From Gammaproteobacteria bacterium (GTDB lineage: Bacteria; Pseudomonadota; Gammaproteobacteria; JAURND01): 64,000 bases of DNA. The notes beneath the pieces are model-generated. The model saw nothing but the letters and a program-made list of their open reading frames with translations, was not told where the DNA came from and did no database searches. Below are positions 10,192 through 19,976 of this stretch, piece after piece. Made by a program: the position numbers and the translations under genes. The stretch covers positions 1,636,340 to 1,700,339 of the forward strand of contig JASGJS010000001.1 of the NCBI GenBank assembly GCA_047601185.1, in the 5' to 3' direction. The number at the start of each line of letters is the position of its first letter. Within the stretch, counting starts at the first letter, position 1.

Positions 10192-11601
10192 TCATTGAGC
10201 ATACTGCGTTAAGATCTCCGCCACACAGGCTGTTAACTTCTTCGCTGCGGGGATATGCAAAAACTCATTGGGCCCGTGCGCATTGGAATGGGGGCCTAAT
10301 ATACCGGTAATAATAAATTGCGCTTCGGGAAATTTTTCGCCTAACATATGCATAAACGGAATAGAGCCACCCTCACCCCAATACAAAGCCGGTTGTGCAA
10401 AATAATGTTGAGAAGCTTGATTCACTAGATCGTGCAATTTAGGTTGCATTAAAGGCGCGTTCCAGCCGGGAGACGCTTTGCCAATTTCGAAACTGACTTT
10501 AGCATGATGGGGCGGATCCGCTTCTAAGACTTTTTTTAAGGCAAGCGCTGCAACTTGAGGATCTAACGTCGGCGGGGTGCGCAGAGATAACATCAACGAG
10601 GTTTTGGGGCGCAAGACATTACCGGCATCTTCTAGCGAAGGAATGCCAGCCACTCCAGTAATCGATAAAGCAGAACGCCAAGATTTATTCAAAATCATTT
10701 CCTTGAGGGACAAGTCCGCTGGTTTTGCGCCCGATACCCAAGGATATTCAGTCCAAACGCCATCATTTAACACCTCAGACACTTGTTCTGCATCCTGAAT
10801 ACGGGTAGGTGGTATCGTCACCTCACAACCCGGCAAAGTAATGACCCCGGTTTTTTCATCTTCAACACGACTTAATAGTTGACGTAATAATCGAAAACTC
10901 GATGGCACAATCCCACTGGCCGCACCGGAATGTACCCCTTCAGTTAAAATTTCTACGGTTAAAACCCCCGCCACTAAACCGCGTAAAGAGGTGGTGATCC
11001 ACAGGTGTTCATAATCCCCCATCCCGGAATCCAGCCCAATCACTAAACTGGGTTTGCCTAAAGTGTCTCCCAACGTTTCCATGTAAAAAGGCAAATCAAT
11101 GCTGCCGCTTTCTTCAGAGGCTTCAATCAAAATAATACAGCGTGGATGCGGTAAATTTTGCGTTTGTAAGGCTTTAATGGCAGCGATGGCAGCAAATACT
11201 GCATAACCATCATCTGCACCGCCTCGACCGTATAATTTATCGTCTTTGATCACTGGTTGCCAAGGCCCTAAGCCGGCATGCCAACCCACCATTTCAGGTT
11301 GTTTGTCTAAGTGTCCGTACATTAATACGGGTTGTTCGGTGACGCCTGCAATGTCAAGGATCAATAAAGGCGTTCTGCCCGGCATGCGATGGACTTTCAA
11401 CTGCATCCCCTCAATGCCTTGCTGTTCGCACCAATCTGCCATATGCGTCACGGCTTGATCAATATAGCCATGTTCTTGCCAGGCTTTATCAAACAAGGGG
11501 GATTTAGCGGGAATCTCGATATAACGACTTAACGCTGGAATGATCGAAGCATCCCAAAAGGTTTCAGCAAATTGTTTTAATTGTTGTTGTAATGTGTTCA
11601 A
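10192..11601 (-). CDS. M20-family metallopeptidase (dipeptidase-like)
   Basis: Metal-ligand motifs MYGHLDKQP, GRGGADDG and IEASEESGS; 469 aa. Confidence 0.85.
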   Translation of the reverse strand: MNTLQQQLKQFAETFWDASIIPALSRYIEIPAKSPLFDKAWQEHGYIDQAVTHMADWCEQQGIEGMQLKVHRMPGRTPLLILDIAGVTEQPVLMYGHLDKQPEMVGWHAGLGPWQPVIKDDKLYGRGGADDGYAVFAAIAAIKALQTQNLPHPRCIILIEASEESGSIDLPFYMETLGDTLGKPSLVIGLDSGMGDYEHLWITTSLRGLVAGVLTVEILTEGVHSGAASGIVPSSFRLLRQLLSRVEDEKTGVITLPGCEVTIPPTRIQDAEQVSEVLNDGVWTEYPWVSGAKPADLSLKEMILNKSWRSALSITGVAGIPSLEDAGNVLRPKTSLMLSLRTPPTLDPQVAALALKKVLEADPPHHAKVSFEIGKASPGWNAPLMQPKLHDLVNQASQHYFAQPALYWGEGGSIPFMHMLGEKFPEAQFIITGILGPHSNAHGPNEFLHIPAAKKLTACVAEILTQYAQ

Positions 11602-11615
11602 ACTGTCATCTCCAC

Positions 11616-13055
11616 TTATTGTAACAATCGATGTATTAATAGCATTTCTCGCGCTTTGCGTCGCACATTGCCAGGCTCTTCTGACCGTGGCAAAAGCTCT
11701 ATGCCTTGTTTTAAGGCATTTCCTACCAGCGCGTTCAAATCAGGCACAATGTTAAGGTGGTCGAAAGTGCCTGTCACCAACAAAGGCACTTGTAATGTAT
11801 CAGATTTTAATATTTTAATCGGTGAATCGCTGGGTTGTGGCACGGTCGCCAATAGCCGATAATTCAAAGTCTTTGTGACTAAATTTGCCGTTCCTGCACC
11901 CGTCATGGTGAGATTATCTGCCACAATGCGTAAATCATTATTGCTTAACACGCCATTTTTAATCACACCACTACCGGTAAATTGGCTGAAGTCGGTTCGG
12001 CGACTGTTTGGCGTAGCGGGCAACGGTTGTTTACGCAGCAACGCCAATGCTCTGCGTATCTCGTAACCAATATTCATCCCCACCAACGCACCGTTGGTGA
12101 TCTCAAATTGGGTCGTACCGGATAAACTTTGCAGTAAGGCGGTCTTGGTTTTACCTTGCGCAGTCAGCTGTAATTCCATTGCCATATTGCCGCTTAATCG
12201 ATCAGATCTGAATAATTGATTGACTTGGATATTACGCAGAGTTTGATTGGTTTGGATTTTGGGGACTGCGCCATTGAGGTCGACCACAGCTTTACCTTGG
12301 ATGGTGCCTTGATAGGCATTGGCACTGAGTGGCGCGATCATCCACACCCCATTTTTACTCGTGAGCTGGGCATTGATTTGATTCAACGCCACCTGACTTA
12401 ACATCAAGCGATCTAGGTGAAAAGTACCCTGAGCCCCCCATTGCTTCAGTGGCTTATTGATCTGATTGAACGCGATATTGCCGTCACCTTGTAAACTCGG
12501 GCTATTGGCTGTGACATCTTGCAGCGTTAATGTGTTTTGTTGCAAATTCAGTCCAACTGATTGAATTTTTAGGACTATTTCAAAACCCCGCGGCAACCGA
12601 CCGACCAATTTTATTTTTTCAAAATTGTATATTTTGCCCTGGGGATTGAGCTGTGGTTGCACATCTAAGTCGTAGCGCCCTACCCATTCAGCTGGGGACA
12701 GCACCTGGATATCTTGCAAATGAATCTTATCAATTTCAACTTTACGATGCAGTAGCGGCATCAACTGCAATGTGATCTTCGCCTCTGGAATGACGATAAA
12801 ATCGCCCTTGGGGGCAGATGTTGGGCCATTTTTAAGATGGATATTTTGTATTTTAAACCCAAACACAGGGAACACACTGGGTTGAATTTCCCCGGCAATC
12901 ACTAAGGCTCGGCCAGTTTTTTGCTCAACCCAATGGCTCAATTGGGTTTTGAGATAATCCGAATGGATTAAATTAACGAATAAAATACTTGCTGTAATGA
13001 ATAAAATCGCAATAATTACAATAAGTAAGAACAGTAATTTAACTAGTGTCTTCAT
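11616..13055 (-). CDS. asmA: AsmA-family outer-membrane biogenesis protein
   Basis: N-terminal TM anchor (LLFLLIVIIAILFITASILF), a long beta-rich repetitive body, and a C-terminal motif VPLLVTGTFDHLNIVPD typical of AsmA C-termini. Confidence 0.7.
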   Translation of the reverse strand: MKTLVKLLFLLIVIIAILFITASILFVNLIHSDYLKTQLSHWVEQKTGRALVIAGEIQPSVFPVFGFKIQNIHLKNGPTSAPKGDFIVIPEAKITLQLMPLLHRKVEIDKIHLQDIQVLSPAEWVGRYDLDVQPQLNPQGKIYNFEKIKLVGRLPRGFEIVLKIQSVGLNLQQNTLTLQDVTANSPSLQGDGNIAFNQINKPLKQWGAQGTFHLDRLMLSQVALNQINAQLTSKNGVWMIAPLSANAYQGTIQGKAVVDLNGAVPKIQTNQTLRNIQVNQLFRSDRLSGNMAMELQLTAQGKTKTALLQSLSGTTQFEITNGALVGMNIGYEIRRALALLRKQPLPATPNSRRTDFSQFTGSGVIKNGVLSNNDLRIVADNLTMTGAGTANLVTKTLNYRLLATVPQPSDSPIKILKSDTLQVPLLVTGTFDHLNIVPDLNALVGNALKQGIELLPRSEEPGNVRRKAREMLLIHRLLQ

Positions 13056-13070
13056 AGGCGTTCAATGCGT

Positions 13071-13144
13071 TGGAGCGGGTGATGGGAATCGAACCCACGC
13101 TATCAGCTTGGGAAGCTGAAGTTCTACCATTGAACTACACCCGC
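13071..13144 (-). tRNA. tRNA-Gly (anticodon CCC)
   Basis: The reverse complement GCGGGTGTAGTTCAATGGTAGAACTTCAGCTTCCCAAGCTGATAGCGTGGGTTCGATTCCCATCACCCGCTCCA folds as a cloverleaf. The anticodon loop is TTCCCAA, and the T-loop GGTTCGATTCC and terminal CCA are encoded. Confidence 0.9.
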
Positions 13145-13170
13145 AAAGTGTTTACGAGAGTTTACCCGTT

Positions 13171-13833
13171 ATGATGCAAAATAACAAAAGCTTTGTAAGA
13201 CGGCAAGGTCGATTAACCACGGGCCAAAAAAAAGCGTTAACGACTTTAACCGATGTTTATGTCTTGCCGAATGATTCTGGATTTTTGAATTTTCCTTCGA
13301 TATTTCAACGCGTAGCGCCGGTTATTGTAGAAATTGGGTTTGGAATGGGCGATAGTTTGTTGATGATGGCACAACAGCACCCTGACGTTGATTTTATTGG
13401 GGTTGAAGTGTATCGACCGGGCATAGGGGCGTTGATTTCGAAGCTGCATTCAGCGCAAGTGAGCAATGTGCGTATTTTGGAAGGCGACGCGGCAGTGCTA
13501 ATCCCTCAGCGCATTACAGAACACAGTTTGGCGGGAATCCATATTTTTTTCCCGGACCCTTGGCCGAAAAAGCGCCATCATAAACGGCGGTTGGTTCAGG
13601 CGCCATTGATTGCTATGCTGCAAACTCGCCTGCAGGCTCGAGGTCACATACATTTGGCGACAGATTGGGCGAATTATGCAGAACAGATGCAGATGGTATT
13701 GTCGCAAGCGCCAGATTTAGTCGCAGCGCCCCCAGGTACGGGGATGCGAGTTGCGACGAAATATGAAAAGAGAGGGGAAAGATTGGGGCATAAAATTTAT
13801 GATTTTGTTTTTGTTACCCCTCATCCGCCCTAG
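13171..13833 (+). CDS. trmB: tRNA (guanine46-N7)-methyltransferase
   Basis: SAM motif VEIGFGMGDSLL and signature FFPDPWPKKRHHKRR. The last 5 codons and the stop (TPHPP*) lie inside repeat A5. Confidence 0.93.
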   Translation: MMQNNKSFVRRQGRLTTGQKKALTTLTDVYVLPNDSGFLNFPSIFQRVAPVIVEIGFGMGDSLLMMAQQHPDVDFIGVEVYRPGIGALISKLHSAQVSNVRILEGDAAVLIPQRITEHSLAGIHIFFPDPWPKKRHHKRRLVQAPLIAMLQTRLQARGHIHLATDWANYAEQMQMVLSQAPDLVAAPPGTGMRVATKYEKRGERLGHKIYDFVFVTPHPP

Positions 13834-13895
13834 TCGGGCACCTTCTCCCACAGGGGGAGAAGGAAACAGCTCACCACTCAAATCTTCGTAGAATC
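13817..13895 (-). repeat. Family-A repeat, copy A5
   Basis: CCCCTCATCCGCCCTAGTCGGGCACCTTCTCCCACAGGGGGAGAAGGAAACAGCTCACCACTCAAATCTTCGTAGAATC. It sits between convergent trmB and the ankyrin gene. Confidence 0.85.
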
Positions 13896-13912
13896 TAAAA
13901 TGTTAGCAGTCA

Positions 13913-16900
13913 TTAATGAGTGAAAATGAGTGGGTTTTGTGCAGATACTCCCTCCTCATAAATTTTCCGTACATTTTTAAGTAGATCATATGAGTTCTGA
14001 TGGCGCATTTTATTTCCCTCAGCTTGATGAAATCTATAACTACTCATTTCACCCAAAGTTCCCATGGATTTCGCAGGTTTGTTTTGTTTTTGCCAGATCT
14101 TAACGCTGCCTTCTAATGCGGTCAGAGCTGTCACACCAGGGTTGGATTTCGGCTCAGGTACCGCATCATCTATTTTTGCAAAAGCCGGCAACTCTTTTCC
14201 TTCTTTAACTGAGTATTGATTCGTCATCACCTTCACTAATAACTCGCTCTTCGGCTTATTAAACGCTAACTCGCGGAGCGGACGCTGTGTCTGCTCATCT
14301 ACCGCATTCGCCTTTATAACCATTTCTAGAAATTCCATACATGCTTGTTCTACTTTGTCCAGACCTTCGGTAGCAATCAGACTTAAATCATTGGCCAAAT
14401 TATTCCGTAAATGATTGAGCTGTTTAAAGGCTAGAAGGGATTTAAAATCCTCTCCTCTACTAAGTTGTTGCGCGATTAAACTTTGCTTAGTCGCTTCAGC
14501 AAATTCGAATAGAACCGTAGCGCAGGCATGAAAATAGGTTGAAGATTTCACATCTGCACGGTGTTTCTGCAAGAAGTTTTGATACCACTTTGCCATGTCT
14601 GCCAAGTGTTCGAATGAAGCACTCTTGAATTCTTTCTTTTCGAAGGCTGCCTTCCCAGATTTTTTTTGACCAAAAAACCCCATATGCCCATTTGCAGGAT
14701 GTGGGTTTTTTTTGCTTTCCTTTTCGGCGCTACCACTTGATGTTTTTGGAGGGCTCGCTTTCGGCTTTTCTCGCTGCTGCACTTCACCACCACTCTTAGT
14801 CGCTTCGCTTGCGACTTTGGGCGGCTTGCTTTTTTGGGGGAGATCGTCTTCATGCAAACGCCGAGCACGCGGCCGTTTTGTAGGAGCACTAAGCCTTTTT
14901 TCCTGAGCAGGGATAAGTGTCTCAGCCAACAGAATTTCACTTCGAGTATCTCTGGCAAGACTATCTGATTCGCTTTTGAGTTTTTTAAAGTCATCCAATA
15001 ATACTTCTGTGGTATCTTTACCTTGAGTTAACTCAGAAAGAGAGGGCGTAACAACCCAAGCTAACGCCAATTTATCTAATCTATCAGATATGTCCTGTAA
15101 AGCTTTTGACTTCTCTGTTAATAGCGTAATCTTATTCTGAATACCATTGATCCTTTTTTGACGTTTTCCTATTTTTTCATCTCCAACAGAAACATATAAG
15201 CCTTTCTGTAATCGACCGATTAAATCTGATCCGCCTTTTGTTTCAATGTCAGAGGTTTCGAATAAGCTGGTTCGTTCTTCTAACACTTGACCAGTCAAAG
15301 CATAAAATAGATCTCGGCAATCTTTTTTTATCGCCGTACCTATTTCCTTACAATGTTTTAAATTTTCCTGTCTTTGCCGAGGCGTCATTGAACTGGTGGC
15401 TGTTTTTAGTTCTCTTATTTCTCGAACCGATTTTTTATCTTCTGAAGGTTGTACACTGGTTTTAGCTTTATTCTTTTTTTTCGGCTTTCTTTCTTCGTCA
15501 TTTATCTCCAATGCCTTCCTTATCTCACTTTCCTGAATTTTAGGTTTTTTATTCCGTTTGTCATCCCAGAAAATAGCCATCGTTAAAGCTATTGCACTTC
15601 CTATTGTCGTGCCATAAAGCCAGAATGCATTTTGTTGCAGGAAATCCAACCAAGACTCCTCAGCTCCAATACTCGACTTAACTGCTTTTTTCGGTTGGGT
15701 GCCTTTTTTCTGACGCACTTCATTTAAATAGCTAAAAATGGGATCTTGTTCTCCTCTCATTTTTGCAATGTCTAAAAGGGTTCTCCCCTCATTGTTCTGC
15801 ACATAGATGTCTGCGCCAGCTTCAACCAACATTTTCACACATTTCAAATTCGCTTTAACCTTCCCTTCGACTAGGACGGCATAAAATAAAGGGGTAATCC
15901 CTAATTCAGTATGACGCTCATTGGGGTCCGCGCCTTTATCTAAGATTTTTTTCAAAACCAGTGGATTTGCGAGCTGAGCGGCATAAGACAATGCGCTGAC
16001 ATTATAGGGATCTTTGATGATGGTTGGAATTTTATCAAGGAGCAGCAGAGCAACTTCTATGTTTTCCTTTATTAGAGCGATGGTTAACGGTATATCACCG
16101 TCACGCGTGGGTAAATTAGGATTGGCGCCATAGGATAAAACGCCTTCTATAAAATTGATTTTACCGAGCTTTACCGCAAAAGTCAGCAGCGTTTCCCCGT
16201 TAGGATCATGTTTATTAAGATCAATCAACTCTTCTTCGATCAGGGCTTTAAATGTAGAAAAATCATCGGTATCGATCATTTGACTGATCCGACCTGTGCG
16301 CGTTTTTTCACCCCATTCTAAAGCTTTTTTCAAATATTCTATGATCTCTGGTTTAACCGGAAATTTATTTGAACTTTCATCTATCAGCTCAAGAATGCTG
16401 GTATTGATTTCTGCACCGGATTTTACTAATAAACGCACTACACTCAATAAATTTTTCCATATCGCAAGGTACAAGGGCTTGCCTTTTCCTGCATTAACAT
16501 CTGCTCCTCGCTCTATTAATTTTTTTGCAATAAGATAATTTTCGGTCTCAACCGCGCGATACAAAGGTGTCATCCCTGCTTTATCAATCACATTGACATC
16601 ACATTTATTTTCGAGCAACGCATCAACCACGCCATCATGTTGCAGTTTGATAGCGGTGATGAGTGGCACTTCACCAGATTCGGGAGATATCGCATCACAA
16701 TCTGCCCCTTGTGCTAATAAGGCTTTGACAATCTCAACTTTATTGGCTCTGGTCGCATCTTCCAGCAATATTTTTTTTAAGTTTCCTTCTTCGATTTGTA
16801 TTTCTTTTTTGACTGCAGCCATAAATTGCGCTGCCATCTGAGGATCATCTTCGCTCAGCGCTTTTCCCCAATGTGCTTGAATTGGATTTTCTTCCGCATC

Positions 16901-17155
16901 CTCATCGCTAACAGCTTGCTTAACGTCAGGAATTAAAGGCGTATCAAAACCAAGGGCGGAAGGAGGAGTTGCCAGTATAGGCTTCCTCACGAGTCCACTA
17001 GCAATCGACCCTGGTGTTAATAAAAGCAATAGATGGAATAAAGAAAGCTTACTTAAGCTTCTCGCAGGAAGACGATGGGGTGTCGAAGAAGTCTTAGAGG
17101 TTGATTTCTTGTCTAAGGAAACAGCAGGTGTCACTTCGGAGTCAATTTGAGCCAT
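13913..17155 (-). CDS. Large ankyrin-repeat protein (1080 aa) with central TM segment and Lys-rich coiled-coil region; candidate secreted effector
   Basis: About 9-10 ANK repeats at roughly residues 130-480 (G.TPL..A......iv..Ll..GAD.N periodicity, e.g. GMTPLYRAVETENYLIAKKLIERGADVN). Hydrophobic segment FWLYGTTIGSAIALTMAIFW. AT-rich relative to its neighbours. Confidence 0.85.
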   Translation of the reverse strand: MAQIDSEVTPAVSLDKKSTSKTSSTPHRLPARSLSKLSLFHLLLLLTPGSIASGLVRKPILATPPSALGFDTPLIPDVKQAVSDEDAEENPIQAHWGKALSEDDPQMAAQFMAAVKKEIQIEEGNLKKILLEDATRANKVEIVKALLAQGADCDAISPESGEVPLITAIKLQHDGVVDALLENKCDVNVIDKAGMTPLYRAVETENYLIAKKLIERGADVNAGKGKPLYLAIWKNLLSVVRLLVKSGAEINTSILELIDESSNKFPVKPEIIEYLKKALEWGEKTRTGRISQMIDTDDFSTFKALIEEELIDLNKHDPNGETLLTFAVKLGKINFIEGVLSYGANPNLPTRDGDIPLTIALIKENIEVALLLLDKIPTIIKDPYNVSALSYAAQLANPLVLKKILDKGADPNERHTELGITPLFYAVLVEGKVKANLKCVKMLVEAGADIYVQNNEGRTLLDIAKMRGEQDPIFSYLNEVRQKKGTQPKKAVKSSIGAEESWLDFLQQNAFWLYGTTIGSAIALTMAIFWDDKRNKKPKIQESEIRKALEINDEERKPKKKNKAKTSVQPSEDKKSVREIRELKTATSSMTPRQRQENLKHCKEIGTAIKKDCRDLFYALTGQVLEERTSLFETSDIETKGGSDLIGRLQKGLYVSVGDEKIGKRQKRINGIQNKITLLTEKSKALQDISDRLDKLALAWVVTPSLSELTQGKDTTEVLLDDFKKLKSESDSLARDTRSEILLAETLIPAQEKRLSAPTKRPRARRLHEDDLPQKSKPPKVASEATKSGGEVQQREKPKASPPKTSSGSAEKESKKNPHPANGHMGFFGQKKSGKAAFEKKEFKSASFEHLADMAKWYQNFLQKHRADVKSSTYFHACATVLFEFAEATKQSLIAQQLSRGEDFKSLLAFKQLNHLRNNLANDLSLIATEGLDKVEQACMEFLEMVIKANAVDEQTQRPLRELAFNKPKSELLVKVMTNQYSVKEGKELPAFAKIDDAVPEPKSNPGVTALTALEGSVKIWQKQNKPAKSMGTLGEMSSYRFHQAEGNKMRHQNSYDLLKNVRKIYEEGVSAQNPLIFTH

Positions 17156-17237
17156 AATACCATCCCAGTCATTTAAAAACCGAATGGTACTATTTTATAC
17201 TACAAAATGTCTATATTTTAAATTAATTTTTATATTT

Positions 17238-18503
17238 TTACCCGATGGCCCTATGCCCAATATCCCGTCGAAAATACTGATTTCCCCAGTCAATTTTGCC
17301 TACTTGTGCATACGCTTTTTCATAGGCAGCTTGAAGCGTGTCTCCTAACGCTGTGACGCAAAGCACCCGGCCGCCAGCTGTTTTCACTTCGCCAGCTTCT
17401 AGTCGAGTTCCTGCATGAAACACTTTCACATCTGGGGTGGAGCGTTCAGACAATCCCTTAATCACATCGCCTTGAGGATACTGTTCTGGATAACCTTTTG
17501 CCGCCATCACCACGCCTAAAGCCGGCCTTGGGTCCCAGCTCAATGTCATCGCATCTAAAGCAGTTGCCAGACAGATATCCAACAAATCCGATTGCAACCG
17601 CATCAATAAGGGTTGGGTTTCGGGATCTCCCAAACGACAATTGAATTCTAATACTTTCGGCTGTCGATCAGGGGTGATCATTAACCCTGCATATAAAAAT
17701 CCCCGATAAGGCGTGCCGTTTTCCGCCATGCCGCGCAAGACGGGGTTGATCACTGCTTGCATGACTTGATCTTGCAGTGAAGCCGTAAAAATGGGGGCTG
17801 GACTGTAAGCGCCCATCCCGCCGGTATTGGGGCCTAAATCCCCATCATCCCGCCGTTTATGATCTTGAGAACTGGCCAAAGGAATCGCGACCTTTCCATC
17901 ACACACTACGATAAAGCTCACCTCTTCTCCGGTTAAAAATTCTTCAATGACCACTTTCTTACCAGCACCTTGCAAGGTTTGACCGCTCAGCATTTCAGTC
18001 ACAGTTTGTTCGGCTTCGTTTAAATCTTGCGCGATCACAACGCCCTTACCGGCGGCTAATCCATCGGCCTTGATCACAATGGGAAAGGTTTGTTGCTGTA
18101 AATAGCGTTTGGCAGCCTCTACTTCGGTAAAACATTCATATCGGGCCGTGGGAATACCTTGGGCTTGCATAAAGGCTTTGCTAAAGGCTTTGGAGGTTTC
18201 TAATTGGGCAGCCCATCGACAGGGACCAAAACACGGCAAGTCACGGGCTTGAAACAGATCGACAATGCCTAAGGATAAAGGCAATTCTGGTCCTACAATG
18301 GTGAGGTCAATGTGTTGTTGGCTGGCGAATGCTGCCAGTTGTTCGACTTCATTGACGGCGATGGCAACATTTTGTACGCCCGGTTCTAAGGCTGTGCCAG
18401 CATTCCCAGGTGCCACATAGACTTGGGTTACTTTGGGGGATTGTTTGATTTTCCAGGCCAGCGCATGTTCTCGCCCGCCGTTACCGATGACTAATATTTT
18501 CAT
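17238..18503 (-). CDS. purD: Phosphoribosylamine-glycine ligase
   Basis: MKILVIGNGGREHALAWK N-terminus, ATP-grasp body, 421 aa. Confidence 0.95.
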   Translation of the reverse strand: MKILVIGNGGREHALAWKIKQSPKVTQVYVAPGNAGTALEPGVQNVAIAVNEVEQLAAFASQQHIDLTIVGPELPLSLGIVDLFQARDLPCFGPCRWAAQLETSKAFSKAFMQAQGIPTARYECFTEVEAAKRYLQQQTFPIVIKADGLAAGKGVVIAQDLNEAEQTVTEMLSGQTLQGAGKKVVIEEFLTGEEVSFIVVCDGKVAIPLASSQDHKRRDDGDLGPNTGGMGAYSPAPIFTASLQDQVMQAVINPVLRGMAENGTPYRGFLYAGLMITPDRQPKVLEFNCRLGDPETQPLLMRLQSDLLDICLATALDAMTLSWDPRPALGVVMAAKGYPEQYPQGDVIKGLSERSTPDVKVFHAGTRLEAGEVKTAGGRVLCVTALGDTLQAAYEKAYAQVGKIDWGNQYFRRDIGHRAIG

Positions 18504-18537
18504 TTTTTATACTCTTTAAGATCTTGTAAAATTATAA

Positions 18538-18737
18538 ATATTCAGCACTTTCTAGGACAAGCTCAATGCTTTAAGGAGGCGCTCAAGAGGAGGCGTCGTC
18601 CCGGCATGGATGCCGGGATCCAGACTACAAGGATGTAAAGTTTTGCTTCCTGCAGACTGGATCCCCGCATCCATGCGAGGACGACGCCTCCTGCTTAATT
18701 CAAGTTCAAGCTTCCCTTAGAATGTGCTGAATGGATA
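18538..18737. mobile_element. Family-C nested inverted-repeat element, copy C2
   Basis: Same inner arms (GAGGAGGCGTCGTCCCGGCATGGATGCCGGGATCCAG / CTGGATCCCCGCATCCATGCGAGGACGACGCCTCCTGC) and outer arms (CAGCACTTTCTAGG / CCTTAGAATGTGCTG) as C1. The central 24 nt are inverted relative to C1. Confidence 0.8.
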
Positions 18738-19900
18738 CTTAAAATCAAAGTCAAAAGCTCTTCAGCCAATTGCTGTTTAGGTCGTAGGCTAAATTCACGC
18801 ACACTATTTTCTGTATAAACCGTCACAGCATTTTGATCTTGATAAAAACCGGCTTGAGGGTTGCTGACATCATTCGCCACGATCATATTCACCTTTTTGT
18901 ATTGTAATTTTTGTTGCGCATGTTGTGCTAAATTTTCAGTTTCGGCTGCAAATCCTACCGTAAAAGGAGGTGTTTTGCGATGCGCGACCTCATATAAAAT
19001 ATCAGGATTAGGCGCCAATTGGAGCTGCATTTCCCCGGTCTTTTTTAATTTTTGATGGGCAACCTCAACGCAATGATAATCGGCTACCGCAGCAGCCGCG
19101 ATAAATACGTTGCAATCGGAAATCTGCTGCATCACTGCTTCGTGCATTTGGTGGGCGGTGGTGACACAGATCCGCTGAACCTGCTTAGGACAAGCCAATG
19201 CAGTAGGTCCGCTGATCAACACAACTTCAGCGCCCCGCTGCTGGGCTGCTTGTGCTAAGGCATAACCCATTTTCCCCGAGCTATGATTGCTGATAAAACG
19301 CACTGGATCAATCGGTTCTTGAGTTGGGCCTGCCGTAATCACCACTCGAATGCCTTGCCAATCTGGCTCGCATCGCGCAGTTTGCAGGTGTTGGATGATT
19401 TCCGCGGGCTCCATCATGCGGCCAAACCCCTCATCGCCGCACGCTTGTGAACCACTAGCCGGGCCTAAAAATTGCACCCCTCGCTGCTGCAATTTGGCGC
19501 AATTTTCCACAGTTGCAGGATGAGCCCACATCTGTTGATTCATGGCGGGAGCAACCCAAAGTGGCGCATCTGTGGCTAAACAGGTGGTGCTGAGTACATC
19601 ATCTGCCATGCCGTGCGTCAGTTTTGCGATAAAATCCGCTGTAGCCGGCGCAATTAACACCAGATCTGCCCAACGCGCCCAGGCAATATGATCCATCGCG
19701 AAATCCGACTCAGATTGCTGCCAATCGTATAACACCGGCTGGCCTGATAAGGCTTGGAAAGTTACGGGGGAAATCAACCGGGTCGCCGCTAAGGTCATAA
19801 TCACCCGCACTTCATAGCCCACTTCTTGCAAGCGCCGTACCAAATCTGCGCTTTTGTAAGCGGCAATGCCCCCTGTCACACCTAACAAAAGTTTTTTCAT
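18695..19900 (-). CDS. coaBC: Bifunctional phosphopantothenoylcysteine decarboxylase / phosphopantothenate-cysteine ligase
   Basis: Flavoprotein N-domain GVTGGIAAYK and CoaB domain ITAGPTQEPIDPVRFISNHSSGKMG; 401 aa. The last 14 codons and the stop are encoded by repeat C2. Confidence 0.93.
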   Translation of the reverse strand: MKKLLLGVTGGIAAYKSADLVRRLQEVGYEVRVIMTLAATRLISPVTFQALSGQPVLYDWQQSESDFAMDHIAWARWADLVLIAPATADFIAKLTHGMADDVLSTTCLATDAPLWVAPAMNQQMWAHPATVENCAKLQQRGVQFLGPASGSQACGDEGFGRMMEPAEIIQHLQTARCEPDWQGIRVVITAGPTQEPIDPVRFISNHSSGKMGYALAQAAQQRGAEVVLISGPTALACPKQVQRICVTTAHQMHEAVMQQISDCNVFIAAAAVADYHCVEVAHQKLKKTGEMQLQLAPNPDILYEVAHRKTPPFTVGFAAETENLAQHAQQKLQYKKVNMIVANDVSNPQAGFYQDQNAVTVYTENSVREFSLRPKQQLAEELLTLILSIHSAHSKGSLNLN

Positions 19901-19976
19901 AAGCCTGTATTTTTAAATCAAATTAGCCTATTATAGCGTGTTTTGGGTCATTGTCATTGATTATTCAGGGGTTGGT

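Noticed and set aside
14380-14425. HEPN-like R-x4-H motif in the ankyrin protein C-terminal domain (..NHLRNNLANDL..).
   Set aside because: The position expected to be His is Asn, and I cannot establish a surrounding four-helix context by eye. It is too weak to call.
17156-17237. PmrA-type tandem TTAATATT boxes upstream of the ankyrin gene, as found upstream of Legionella/Coxiella effector genes.
   Set aside because: The region is AT-rich (..AAATTAATTTAAAATATAG..), but no clean direct repeat with the expected spacing to a -10 box could be defined.
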